This document shows positions 1 to 24,260 of a DNA stretch of 31,597 nucleotides, one piece after another. Where the stretch lies: contig JAYSVE010000108.1 in the NCBI GenBank assembly GCA_043718725.1, positions 1 to 31,597 on the forward strand, given 5' to 3'. Position 1 is the first letter of the stretch. Each line of letters opens with the position of its first letter. Below the pieces are notes generated by a model, which was not told where the DNA came from, ran no database searches, and saw only the letters and a program-made list of their open reading frames with translations. Both the position numbers and the translations under genes were made by a program. The stretch is from Methylibium sp. (GTDB lineage: Bacteria; Pseudomonadota; Gammaproteobacteria; Burkholderiales; Burkholderiaceae_C).

Positions 1-2765
1 ATCGAATCCGAAGGCGACGAAGCCTGCGTCGATCCGCATGCGGCCGGTGCCGTCTCGCGCCTGATCGGCGAATGCCATGCGGCCGGGCGGCGCTGGCATG
101 GTGTGATCCACGCCGGCTTGCTCGACCCGTTCATGCGCGACACGTCATCGTTGGCCAGCCTGGACGCGGCGCGCCAACGCGGCGTGGTCAGCGCGATGCG
201 CCTGGCGCAGGCGCTCGTCGCGCACCAACCGGCGTCGCGCCTGTGGCTGCTGACGCGCGGCGCGCAGGCGGTGGGGTTTGCCGCACGATCGGCGCCGGTC
301 GTGCCGATGGCCGCGTCTGTGTGGGGCTTGGGCAAGGCGCTGCGCCTGGAACACCCCGAACTGCACACCGTCTGCATCGATCTCGATCCGCAGGCCGGCG
401 AGCATGAGCTCGACGCGCTGCTGGCCGAACTGGCCGACACCGGCGCGGAAGCCGAACGCGCCTTGCGTGGCGGCCGCCGCCATGTGGCGCGCCTGCTGCG
501 CCTGCCTCATGCAGTGCCGGCGTCGCCGCAACAAGAAGCCGCTCCGTGGCGGCTGGTGCCCGCGTTGCCCGGCTCGCTGGACCGCCTGGTGCGCAGCCCC
601 CACGCGCGGCGCGCGCCCGGCCCGGGGGAGGTGGAGATTTCCGTCGAGGCCACCGGCCTGAACTTCAAGGACGTGCTCAACGTGCTGGGCCTGTACCCCG
701 GTGACCCGGGTCCGCTGGGCGGCGAATGTGCCGGCCAGGTTGTGGCGCTCGGCGCCGGCGTCACGCAGTTCGCGATCGGCGATCCGGTGCTGGCGCTGGC
801 CACCGGCAGCTTTGCCTCACATGGGGTCACGCGCGCCGAGTTCGTGCAGCGCCGCCCGAACGGCATGAGCGCGGTCGAGGGAGCCTCGTTCGCGATCGCT
901 TACCTCACCGCCGAGTTCTGCCTGTCGCACCTGGCCGGGCTGCGCGCCGGGCAGCGGGTGTTGATCCATGCGGCGGCCGGCGGTGTGGGCCTGGCGGCGG
1001 TGCGGGTGGCGCAGCGCGCCGGCGCCGAAGTGATTGCCACTGCCGGTTCGCCGGCCAAGCGCGCCTTGTTGCACTCGATCGGCGTGGCCCATGTGTTCGA
1101 TTCGCGCAGCGCGGCTTTCGCCGAGCCGATCCTGGCGCTCACCGGCGGCCAAGGGGTCGACGTGGTGCTCAATTCGCTGGCGGGCGAGCTGATCGCGCCC
1201 AGCTTCGCGGTGCTGGCACGCGGCGGCTGTTTCGTGGAGATCGGCAAGCGCGGCATCAAGAGTGCCGAAGACGTCGCGGCGCTGGCCCGCGAAATCCGCT
1301 ACCACATCGTCGACTGGGGCGAGACCGCGGCGCGCGAGCCGGCCGTGATCGGCGCCATGTTGGCGCGGCTGGTCGATGCGCTGGCCCAAGGCGAGTTGGC
1401 GCCGTTGCCGCGCCATGAATTCGCGCTCGACGATGCGGCGCGCGCCTGGCGCTTCATGGCGCAGGCGCGTCACAGCGGCAAGATCGTCGTGCGCCACGCC
1501 GGCGCGCCGCCCTGGGCGCCGCGGCGCGCCGGCAGTTACCTCGTCAGCGGCGGGCTCTCGGGGCTGGGCCTGCAAGTGGCGGCCTGGCTCGCCGAGCATG
1601 GCGCCGGCCGGCTGGTGCTGCTCGGCCGGCGCGGCGTGACGCCCGAGGCCGCGCCGGTGCTGGAGCGCTTGCGCGCGGCGGGCGTCGATGTGGTGGCCGA
1701 GGCTGTCGATGTGGCCGACGAAGCCGCGCTGACGGCGCTGCTGGCGCGCGTGCGCCGCGCCGGGCCGCCGCTGCGCGGCGTGTGGCACAGCGCCGGTGTG
1801 CTCGACGATGCCGGCCTGCTGCAGCAAAACGAAACCCGTTACGCGCGCGTGTTTGCACCCAAGGTGCGTGGCGCCGTGCTGCTCGACCGCCACACGCGCG
1901 GCGACCCGCTCGAATGTTTCGTGATGTTCTCGTCGGTGGCCGGCGTGCTGGGATCGGCGGGCCAGTCCAACCATTCGGCGGCGAACGCCGTGCTCGATGC
2001 GCTCGCGCAGGATCGCGCGGCGAGCGGCCTGCCGGCGCTGAGCATTGCCTGGGGCGCCTGGGCCGAGGTCGGCGCCGCCGCCGACCGTGGAATGGCCGAA
2101 CGCATCGCCCAGCAAGGCCTGGGCACCTTGTCGGTTGCACAGGGCTTGCAGGCGATGCAGCGCCTGATCGACAGCCGCGCCGTGCACGCCGCGGTGCTGA
2201 GCATCGACTGGCCGCGCTACCTCGCGCGTGTCGTGCCCGGCGGCGCCAGCACGTTCCTGAGTGAACTGGCCGGCGCGGTGGCAACGGCCGATGCACCGCC
2301 GACACGGCTGATGGCGGCGCCGAACACGATCGACCTGCCGGCCCAACTGGCCAGCGCGGTGCCGGCGCGGCGGCGCCCGATGCTCGCCGCCTTCGTGCGC
2401 GAGAAGGCGCTGCGCGCGCTGGGGGTCGACCCGGCCAAGGCAGTGGACCCGCGCACGCCGCTGGGCGATCTGGGGCTCGATTCGCTGCTCGCGGTGGAGT
2501 TGCGCAACACGCTGGGCAGCGCACTCGGACGCTCGCTGCCGGCCACGCTGCTGTTCGACCACCCGACGCTGGACGCGCTGACGGACTGCCTGCTCGCTGA
2601 AATGTTCGCTCCCGTTGCCGCGTTGGCCGCGCCCACCGCACCGGCCGCGCGGGCTGCACCCGCCGCCGCAGGCGGTGCGGCCCTCGTGGGATCGATCGAA
2701 GACCTGTCCGACGAAGAAGTCGAGCGCCAACTGGCGGCGCGATCCCGCAACACCGTCACCGCGCC

Positions 2766-2769
<4 letters not shown>
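1..2769 (+). CDS. Type I modular PKS, C-terminal part (pseudoKR-ER-KR-ACP-docking helix); 5' end lies outside the window
   Basis: Frame is open from base 1 (IESEGDEACVDP...), so the ORF-track start at 103 is not the true start. ER motifs GLNFKDVLNVLGLYPG and LIHAAAGGVGLAA; KR motifs YLVSGGLSGLG, HSAGVLDD, PKVRGA, FSSVAG, GQSNHSAAN; ACP LGLDSLLAVELRN; acidic C-terminal helix IEDLSDEEVERQL. The stop overlaps the next start (ATGA, 2766-2769). Confidence 0.96.
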
Positions 2770-9392
<6,623 letters not shown>

Positions 9393-9462
9393 GACCGCAC
9401 GGCCGCCCGAAGGTCTCATGCTCCCGCTCGGCGGGACCGCGCGCAGCGCGCAGGGTGCCCCA

Positions 9463-10356
9463 ATGACCGACAACCGCCGCGCGATGCTGCTGATGCTGGC
9501 GTTCGTCTCGCTGTGGGCGTTGGTCGAGGCGATGGCGGCTCATGTGCTGCGCGCGTATTCGCCCTTTCAAGTGGTGTGGACACGTTATGCCGTGCACCTG
9601 GCGCTGCTGCTGCTGGTGTGGGGCTGGCGCGAACCGGCCTCGCTGTGGCGCACCCGCAGGCCGGTGTTCCAGCTGGCACGTTCGCTGCTGATGTTGGGCA
9701 TGCCGGCCTGCTGGATCATCGGCATGCAACTGGGCGTGCGGGCCGCCACGGTGATGGCGCTGTTCTGGCTCAGCCCTTTGTTCATCCTGCTGCTGGCCAG
9801 GCTGTTCCTGCGCGAACGCGTGCCGGCTTCGATCTGGGTGGCCAGCGCGATCGCCTGCGCGGGCGCGCTGCTGCTGCATCCGCCCGGCGCGATGCCGCCG
9901 CTGCTGTTGCTGGTGTTCCCGCTCGGCATGGGCTTGTGCTTCGGCCTGTACGTGGTGATGACGCGCTCGCTGCGCAGCGAGACCACGCGCGCCAACCTGT
10001 TCTACACCGCGCTCGGCGTGTTCCTGGCGCTGTCGCCGGCGATGCCCGGCGTTTGGGTGGCGCCGTTGCCGAACGATTGGCTGGCCATGGTCGGCGTCGG
10101 CGTTCTGGGGTACGCCACGCTGTACCTGCTCGATCGCATGGCCGCGGCGGCTCCGGTCAGCATGTCGGCGCCGTTCTCGTATTTGCAGATTCCCGTGACG
10201 CTGGGCATGGCCTGGCTCGCGGGCATGGGGCACGGCTTGTCGGACAGGCGCCTGGCGCTGGGCCTGTTGCTCATCGCCTCGGCGGCGCTCTACGTGTGGG
10301 CGCGTGAAGCGCGCCCGACGGTGCGAGACGCCGTGTCCATGCGGCCGACTCAATGA
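9463..10356 (+). CDS. EamA/DMT-superfamily inner-membrane transporter (start 9463; alternative 9418)
   Basis: About 300 aa, nearly all hydrophobic helices, with a two-repeat layout and DMT-like segments (FQVVWTRY, LFILLLARLFLRERV, APFSYLQI). Hydrophobic sequence begins right after the ATG at 9463. Confidence 0.85.
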   Translation: MTDNRRAMLLMLAFVSLWALVEAMAAHVLRAYSPFQVVWTRYAVHLALLLLVWGWREPASLWRTRRPVFQLARSLLMLGMPACWIIGMQLGVRAATVMALFWLSPLFILLLARLFLRERVPASIWVASAIACAGALLLHPPGAMPPLLLLVFPLGMGLCFGLYVVMTRSLRSETTRANLFYTALGVFLALSPAMPGVWVAPLPNDWLAMVGVGVLGYATLYLLDRMAAAAPVSMSAPFSYLQIPVTLGMAWLAGMGHGLSDRRLALGLLLIASAALYVWAREARPTVRDAVSMRPTQ

Positions 10357-10365
10357 TGATTTCTC

Positions 10366-10370
10366 AGGAG
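10366..10370 (+). promoter_or_regulatory. Shine-Dalgarno site for the third PKS
   Basis: AGGAG lies just upstream of in-frame ATGs at 10373 and 10379; the spacing fits 10379 (8 nt) better than 10373 (2 nt). Confidence 0.6.
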
Positions 10371-10372
10371 CA

Positions 10373-16923
<6,551 letters not shown>

Positions 16924-16927
<4 letters not shown>

Positions 16928-19900
16928 CGAGCACCGCCGACCTTCTCGGGCGTTTGCAGGCGCTGGACATCCGCCTCGCGCTGGACGGTGAGCACCTGGC
17001 CGTCAACGCGCCCAAGGGTGCGATCACGCCGGCGCTGCGCGACGAACTGGGACGCCGCAAGGAAGAGGTGAAAACCTTCCTCAAGGCGAGCGGCATCGCG
17101 GCGGCGCCGAGCCGAAAAGAAGCTGCGCCGCCGCTCCAGCGCATCGCGCGCGCAGCCGAGATGCCGGTCTCGCACACCCAGCAACGGCTTTGGTTCATCA
17201 AGCAGATGGACCCGGCCAGCCACGCCTACAACATTCCGGCCGGGCTGCGCCTGAAAGGCGGGCTCGATCAGGTCGTGCTGCGGCGCACGCTCAACGAGCT
17301 GCTGGAGCGGCACGAGAGCCTGCGCACTCGTTTTGTGTCGGTCGACGGCCTGCCGCGCTGCGTGATCGATCCGCGGGCCGAAGTGGCGCTGGAGCAGATC
17401 GACCTGAGCCCGCTGCCGCTGGCCGAGCGCGAAGCCGCCGCGCAGCACGCGGTGCATCAGGTCGAGCAGCGGCCGTTCGATATCGCGCGCGCGCCGCTGC
17501 TGCACACGGCGCTGGTGCGGCTGGCTTTTGATGAGCACCTGCTCGTCTTCGTGTTCGACCACATCGTCGCCGATGGCTTGTCGGTGGGCATCTTCCTGCA
17601 CGAGTTCCAAGCGCTGTACTCGCGCCACGCCGGTGGCGCGGTGGCCGAACTGCCCGAGCTGCCGGTGCAGTACCTCGACTACGCCGAGTGGGAACGGCGC
17701 TGGTTCGCCACGGGCTCGATCGACGCCCACCTGGCGTTCTGGAAGCAGCAACTTGCGGCGCTGCCGCCGCTGTTGCAGCTGCCGGCCGATCGGCCGCGCC
17801 CGCCGGTGCAAACGGACCGCGGCGCGCGCGCGGTGCTGCAACTGCCGGTCGCGCTCGGCCAGCAGCTCAAGGCATTGGCGCGCGCTGAAGGCGCAACGCA
17901 CTTCATGGTGCTGATGTCGGCGTTCCAGGCGCTGCTGCACCGCCACAGCGGCGAAACCGACATCGCGGTGGGAACGGCGATTGCGAATCGCAGCCGCTCC
18001 GAGGTCGAGCGCGTGATCGGCTTCTTCGCCAACAACATCGTGCTGCGCGGCGATCTTTCGGGTGAGCCAACCGTGCGCGAGCTGATTGCCCGGGTGCGCG
18101 ACACCGCGCTGAAGGCCTACGCGCACCAGGACATGCCGTTTGACATGCTGGTCGATGCGCTGGCCACGCGCCGCGAACTCGGCCACTCGCCGCTGTTCCA
18201 GGTGATGTTCGTGCTGCAGAACATCAAGCTCGCTGGCTTCGAACTGCCGGGGCTGGTGTGCGAAACGATGGAGTCGACGGTGCGCACCGCCCGCTTCGAC
18301 CTCGCCGTCGACGTGTTCGATCTGGCGCAGGGGCTGCGGATCTACTTCGAATACAACACCGACCTGTTCGACGCAAGCACGATCGAGCGGATGAAGGGGC
18401 ACTACAGCCGCTTGCTCGAGGGCTTCGTCGCGCGGCCCGATACGCGCGTCGGCGAGTTGCCGATGCTTGGCGATGACGAACAACAAGCCTTGCTGGTCTG
18501 GAACCGCGGCGCCGCGGCTGTTCCGAATGCGCGGACGGTGCATGGCTTGTTCGAAGCGCAGGTCGAATCCACGCCGGACGCACTGGCGCTGCGCTTCGAG
18601 GATGTTCACTTCAGCTATCGTGAACTCAATGCGCGCGCCAACCGCTTGGCGCATCACTTGCGCACGCTGGGTGTCGGGCCTGAGTCGATGGTCGGCGTGT
18701 GGATCGAGCGTTGCGCCGACATGGTGGTGGCGCTGCTGGCGGTGCTGAAGGCCGGCGGCGCTTATGTGCCGCTGGATCCGGCGTTCCCGCAGGATCGCAT
18801 TCGCTTCATGATGGCCGATGCGGGATTGGCGGTGGTCCTCACGCAAGCCAGCCTCGCACAAACGCTGAAGCCCGACGGGCCACGCGCCGTGTGCCTGGAC
18901 GGCGACACCTCATGGCTCGCGCAGCTGAGCGCCGGCAACCCGCCGCCGCTGGCCGAAGCGGCGAACCTCGCCTATGTGATCTACACCTCCGGCTCCACCG
19001 GCCGCCCCAAGGGCGTGATGCTGGAGCACCGCTCGGTCGTGAACTTCCTGTTGTCGATGCACCGCGAACCGGGCCTCACCGCGGCAGATCGGTTCGTGTC
19101 GGTCACGACCTTGTCGTTCGACATTGCCGGGCTGGAAATCCACGGCCCGCTCACGGCCGGCGGCACGGTGGTGCTGACGCCGCGCGCCACCGCGCTCGAC
19201 GGCGCGCGCCTGGCCGAACTGCTGGATCAGTCCGAGGCCACCGTGCTGCAAGCCACACCGGCCACCTGGCAGTTGCTGCTGGCCAGCGGCTGGCGCGGCA
19301 GGCCCGGCCTGAAGATGCTGTGCGGCGGCGAAGCGCTGCCGCGCGAGCTGGCCGGCAAACTGCTGAGCCTGCCCGGCGAGTTGTGGAACCTGTATGGGCC
19401 GACCGAGACCACGATCTGGTCGACCGTGTGGCGCGTCACCGACGCGTCCCGCACCATCCCGATCGGCCGGCCGATCGCCAATACGCAGGTCCATGTGCTG
19501 GAACCATCGGGGCTGCCGGCGCCGATCGGCGTGAGCGGCGAGCTGGTCATCGGCGGCGCCGGCCTGGCGCGCGGCTACCTCCATCGCGACGAGCTGAGCG
19601 CACAGATGTTCGTGACACTCGATTTGCCCGGCGTGGGCCGCGCGCGCGTGTACCGCACCGGCGATGTGGCGCGCTTCCTCGCCGACGGCCGGCTCGAGTA
19701 CGTGGGCCGGCGCGACCAGCAGGTCAAGCTGCGCGGCTTTCGCATCGAGCTCGGCGAGATCGAGACCGTGCTGGCCCGGCACCCTGGCCTGAAGGCCTGC
19801 GTGGTGCATGTGCGCGAAGACACGCCGGGCGACCAGCGCCTGGTGGCCTACGTCGTGGCCAGCGCCGGCACGCCGTTCGATGCCGACGCGGCGCGCGCGA

Positions 19901-22900
19901 CGCTGCGCACGCAGTTGCCCGAGTACATGGTGCCGAACCTGATCGTCGCGCTGGACACGCTGCCGCTCACACCCAACGGCAAAGTCGACCGCAAGGCCCT
20001 GCCGGCGCCGGTGGCGCCTTCGAGCAAGGACAACGTGGTCGCGCCGCGAACACCGGTCGAACAGGCCATCTGGGAAATCTGGCGCGACGTACTGCGGCTG
20101 CGTGACTTCGGGGTGCACGACAACTTCTTCGAACTGGGCGGCCATTCACTGCTGGCCACCCAGGTGATGGCGCGCATGCGCGAGGTGCTGCGTGTCGATC
20201 TGCCGCTGCGCGCCCTGTTCGAAGCGCCGGACGTTGCCGGGCTCGCCGCGGCGGCCGAGCGCAAGCGTGCGGCCGAATCCGAAACGCCGTTCGCCGAGCG
20301 GCCCGCCATCACGCGGGTTGAGCGCGCAGGCTTGCTGCCGACCTCGTACTCCCAGCGCCGCATGTGGCTGGTGCAGCAGTTCAACCCCGGAACGACGGCC
20401 TACAACATGCCGTTCGCGCTGCGCCTGCGCGGCGGGCTGGACCGCGAACGGCTGGTCGAGTCGCTGCAGCGCCTGGTCGCGCGGCACGAGGCCTTCCGGA
20501 CGACGCTGGTGGCGGTGGACGGCGAGCCGATGCAACGCATCGTGCCGTTCGAGCCGGTGACGGTCGAAATGCTGGACTTGCGCTCCTTGCCCGAGGCCGA
20601 GCGCGACGCCGCGGCGGCCCAGGCCTTGCACCAACGCAGCACGCTGCCCTACGACTTGGCCGAAGGGCCGCTGCACCGGCCGACGCTGTTGCAGCTGGGC
20701 GAGCAGGACCATGTGCTGTTCTGGTCGATCCACCATGCGATCGGCGATGGCTGGTCGTCGGCGGTTCTGCTGCACGAGTTCTCCACGATCTACTCCGCGC
20801 TGATGCGCGGGCAACAGCCTTCGCTCGCGCCGTTGGCGATCGACTTTGCCGACTACGCCAGCTGGCAGCGCAGCGCGCTGAGCACGGCGTTGCTGGCCGC
20901 CCAGGTGGCGTTCTGGAAACAGGCGCTGGCGGGCTTGCAGCCGCTGCCGCTGCCGCTGGACCGGCCGCGACGCGGAGTTCAGGACGGTCGCGGCGCCAGT
21001 GTGTCGGCCAGTTTCAAACCGCAGACCGTGGCGGCGCTGAAAGCCCTGACGGTGCGTCACGCGGTGACACCCTACATGGCTTTGCTCGCCTGCTTCCAGT
21101 TGCTGCTCGCGCGCCATTGCGATGCCACCGATGTGGCGGTGGGCACGCCGATTGCCAACCGCACGCACCTGTCGTCCGAGCAACTCGTGGGCACGCTGGT
21201 CAACACCCTGGTGATGCGCACCGATCTGGCGGGCGACCCCAGCTTCGCGGAGCTGCTCAAGCGCGTGCGCGAAACCGCGCTGCAAGCGTACGCGCACCAG
21301 GACTTGCCGTTCGAAGCGCTGGTCGAAGCCTTGGCCGTGCCGCGCGCCGACGGCGCGGCGCCGCTGGTTCAAGTGCTTTTCAATGTGTTGAATCCGCCGC
21401 ACGGCGACAAGCGCATTGAAGGCATCGTCTACGAACCGTTTGTCTTCGACGTGGGCAGCAGCCAATTCGACTTGGTGCTCACGATCGACACCGAGGTGTT
21501 CGGCCAGGCGCACCTGAGCCTCTCCACCGACGTGTTCGAGCCCGCCACGGGCCGCCGACTGCTGGCCCACTTCATGGGTCTGGTGGACCAGGTGCTGGCC
21601 GATCCGCAACGCCCGATCTCGTCTTACGACATGGTCGGCGCCGAAGACCGGCAGTTGCTGGCAAGCTGGAACCACACGCCGCCGCTCGCGCCGCCCGCTG
21701 CCGTGGCGCATGAGCTGCTCAATCAGCAGGCGCGGCGCACACCGGAGTGCATCGCACTGCGCAGCGGCGCGGTCAGCGTCAGCTACGCCGAACTGCAATC
21801 GCGCGCGCTGCGCTTGTGCCGCGCGCTGCGATTGCGTGGCGTGGGCCGTGGCGGCCTGGTCGGCCTGTGCCTGCCGCGCACGGCCGACATGGTCGTGGCC
21901 CAGTGGGCCATCCTGCAAAGCGGCGCGGCCTATGTGCCGCTGGACCCGGCCTACCCGCCCGACCGGCTGTCCTACATGGCGCTGGACGCCAAACTGTCCT
22001 TGCTGGTCAGCGAAGATGAACTCGCGGCCGGGCTGGATTGGCCGGCCGAGAAGTCGCTGCTGCTCGATCGCGACGCGGCTTTCATCGCGCAGCAGCCGAC
22101 CACTGTGCCGGAGCCTGACGCTGCGCTCGATGCGCGCCCCGAAGACCCAGCCTACGTGATCTACACCTCGGGCTCGACCGGCCGGCCCAAGGGCGTGGTC
22201 GTGCCGCACCGTGGCGTGGTGAATTTCCTGGCCAGCATGGCGCGCGAGCCGGGCCTGTCGGCCTCCGATGTGCTGGTGGCCGTGACCACGCTGAGCTTTG
22301 ACATTGCGGTGCTGGAATTGCTGCTGCCGCTGAGCGTGGGGGCCCAGGTGGTGCTGGCCAGCCGCGACGAGGCCACCGACGGCCAGACTTTGCGCGCCTT
22401 GCTCGACGCGACCGGCGCCACGGTGATGCAGGCCACCCCGTCGAGCTGGCGTTTGCTGATCGAGGCGGGCTGGCAGGCATCACAACAACCCGGCACCGGC
22501 GGATTCAAGGCACTGATCGGTGGTGAGGGCCTGCCGCCCGATTTGGCGCAGCAACTGCTGCAACGCATAGGCGCGGCCGGCGAGCTGTGGAACCTGTACG
22601 GCCCGACCGAAACCACGGTGTGGTCGACCTGCTGGAAGGTGAATGCGCACCAGCCGGGCATCCGCATCGGCCGGCCGATCGCCAACACGCAAGTGCACAT
22701 CCTGGATGCTCACGGGCAGCCTTGCCCGATCGGCGTGTCCGGTGAAATTTTCATCGCTGGAAGCGGGGTTGCGCTCGGTTATCTGGAGCGCCCCGAGTTG
22801 ACGGCCGAGCGCTTCGTCGCCGACCCGTTCAGCGTCCACCCCGGGGCGCGGATGTATCGCACCGGGGACCGCGGGCGCTGGTGCCACGACGGCCTGCTGG

Positions 22901-23493
22901 AGCATCTGGGCCGGCTGGACTTTCAAGTGAAGGTGCGCGGCCACCGAATCGAACTGGGCGAGATCGAGGCCACGCTGGCCGCCCACCCGGCCGTCAAGCA
23001 GACCGTCGTGATGGCGCGCGAGTCCGGCCCCGGCGACTTGCGCCTGGTGGCCTACATCGTGTTCCAGCCAGGAGAAGACCTGACCGTAAGCGACGTGCGC
23101 CGGCACCTGCGGCGCGACCTGCCTGAGTACATGATTCCGTCGGTGGTGGCCGCGGTCGACGAGATCCCGCTCACCGCCAACGGCAAGATCAACCGCCTCG
23201 CTTTGCCCGACCCGTTCAAGAACGCGTTGTTGGCCAACAAGAATTTCGTCGCGCCGGAACCCGGCTTCGAGCAGGAGATGGCCGACATCTGGCGCGGCAT
23301 CCTGCAGGTCGACCGCGTCGGCGCGGAGGACAACTTCTTCGAACTGGGCGGCCACTCTTTGTTGTCATTGCGGGTGACCGCGGCGGTCGAAAAGAAGCTC
23401 GGCTGGCGCATGGACGCGCGCACGCTGTACTTCCAGGATCTGCGCCAGGTCGTCGCCACCGCGGCGGCGAACCAGGTTTCGCAAAGCCCATGA
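16924..23493 (+). CDS. Bimodular NRPS: TubC-N-like docking domain-C-A(Gly)-PCP-C-A(Gly)-PCP, no terminal TE or R domain
   Basis: N-terminus LLGRLQALDIRLALDGEHLAVNAPKGAITPALRDEL resembles EpoB/TubC-type docking domains. C1 DHIVADG, C2 HHAIGDG; both A domains have YTSGSTGRPKG, YGPTE, YRTGD and NGK(V/I)(D/N)R; both PCPs have LGGHSL. The protein ends about 40 aa after the second PCP serine. Confidence 0.97.
20119..20144 (+). repeat. 26-nt perfect direct repeat encoding the PCP core (second copy 23329-23354)
   Basis: GACAACTTCTTCGAACTGGGCGGCCA occurs at both positions and encodes DNFFELGGH in PCP1 and PCP2. Confidence 0.9.
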
Positions 23494-24260
23494 ATCCGTT
23501 TTTCTTCGGCGAAAGTTCACGCCGGTTGTTCGGCCTGTACGCGCCCGCTCGCGCGACCGGCGGCAAGCAACGCGGCATCGTGTTGTGCCACCCCTGGGGC
23601 CAGGAGTATTTGCGCGCGCATCGCAGCATGTGCCAGCTCGGCAAGCAACTTGCCGGCGCTGGCTTCCATGTGCTGCGCTTCGACTACTTCGGCACCGGCG
23701 ACTCGGCGGGCGACATGGCCCAGGCTGATCTCAAGGGTTGGTGCTCCGACGTGGACACCGCGATCGACGAGCTCAAGGACACCGCGAGCCTGAGCCGCGT
23801 GAGCCTGCTCGGTCTGCGCCTGGGCGCAACGCTGGCCGCGCAAGTGGCCACACGGCGGCGCAACGTTGTCGATGCCTTGGTGTTGTGGGATCCGGTGGTC
23901 TCGGGCAGCGAGCACCTCGCCGAGCTGCGCCGCACCGACGGGCAGGCTGTGCCCAGGCCGGCGGCGGCCGGCGGCGGCCACGAAGTGTTGGGCTTCCCGC
24001 TGACCGACGCACTGTCGCGCGAGATCGAAACACTCGATCTCTTGCAACTCGTGGCTGCGTTGCCGGCGCGAACTTTCGTCGCACTGTCCCAGGCCTTGCC
24101 ATCTCACGCCGCACTGCGGCCCGCGCTGGAGAGCGGCGGCGGCGGTAAGCTCGCGACGGAGCTGATCGAGAGCCAGCCCGCGTGGCTCGAAGACCGAAGC
24201 TCCGGAGCGGGCGCCGTGCCCGTGAAGGTCTTGCAACGCATCGTGGAGTGGCTCGGCTGA
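23490..24260 (+). CDS. Alpha/beta-hydrolase-fold protein with non-nucleophilic GLRLG elbow (resembles exosortase-system-associated 'hydrolase 2' type)
   Basis: LRFDYFGTGDSAG, nucleophile-elbow position GLRLG (23811-23825), LVLWDPVVSG; no His in the C-terminal ~100 aa. ATGA overlap with the NRPS stop. Confidence 0.88.
   Translation: MNPFFFGESSRRLFGLYAPARATGGKQRGIVLCHPWGQEYLRAHRSMCQLGKQLAGAGFHVLRFDYFGTGDSAGDMAQADLKGWCSDVDTAIDELKDTASLSRVSLLGLRLGATLAAQVATRRRNVVDALVLWDPVVSGSEHLAELRRTDGQAVPRPAAAGGGHEVLGFPLTDALSREIETLDLLQLVAALPARTFVALSQALPSHAALRPALESGGGGKLATELIESQPAWLEDRSSGAGAVPVKVLQRIVEWLG

Noticed and set aside
2605-2685. Low-complexity Ala/Pro repeat-like DNA
   Set aside because: It encodes an ordinary flexible ACP-to-docking linker and has no regular repeat unit.
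17100-18450. C1 as a true heterocyclization (Cy) domain making an oxazoline or thiazoline
   Set aside because: The catalytic second His and C-domain motifs are retained, Cy-specific N-terminal motifs are absent, the A domain predicts Gly, and no oxidase domain is present.
23490-24260. First hydrolase as a standard type II (editing) thioesterase
   Set aside because: It has no GHSxG motif; Arg occupies the nucleophile position and no catalytic His is visible.
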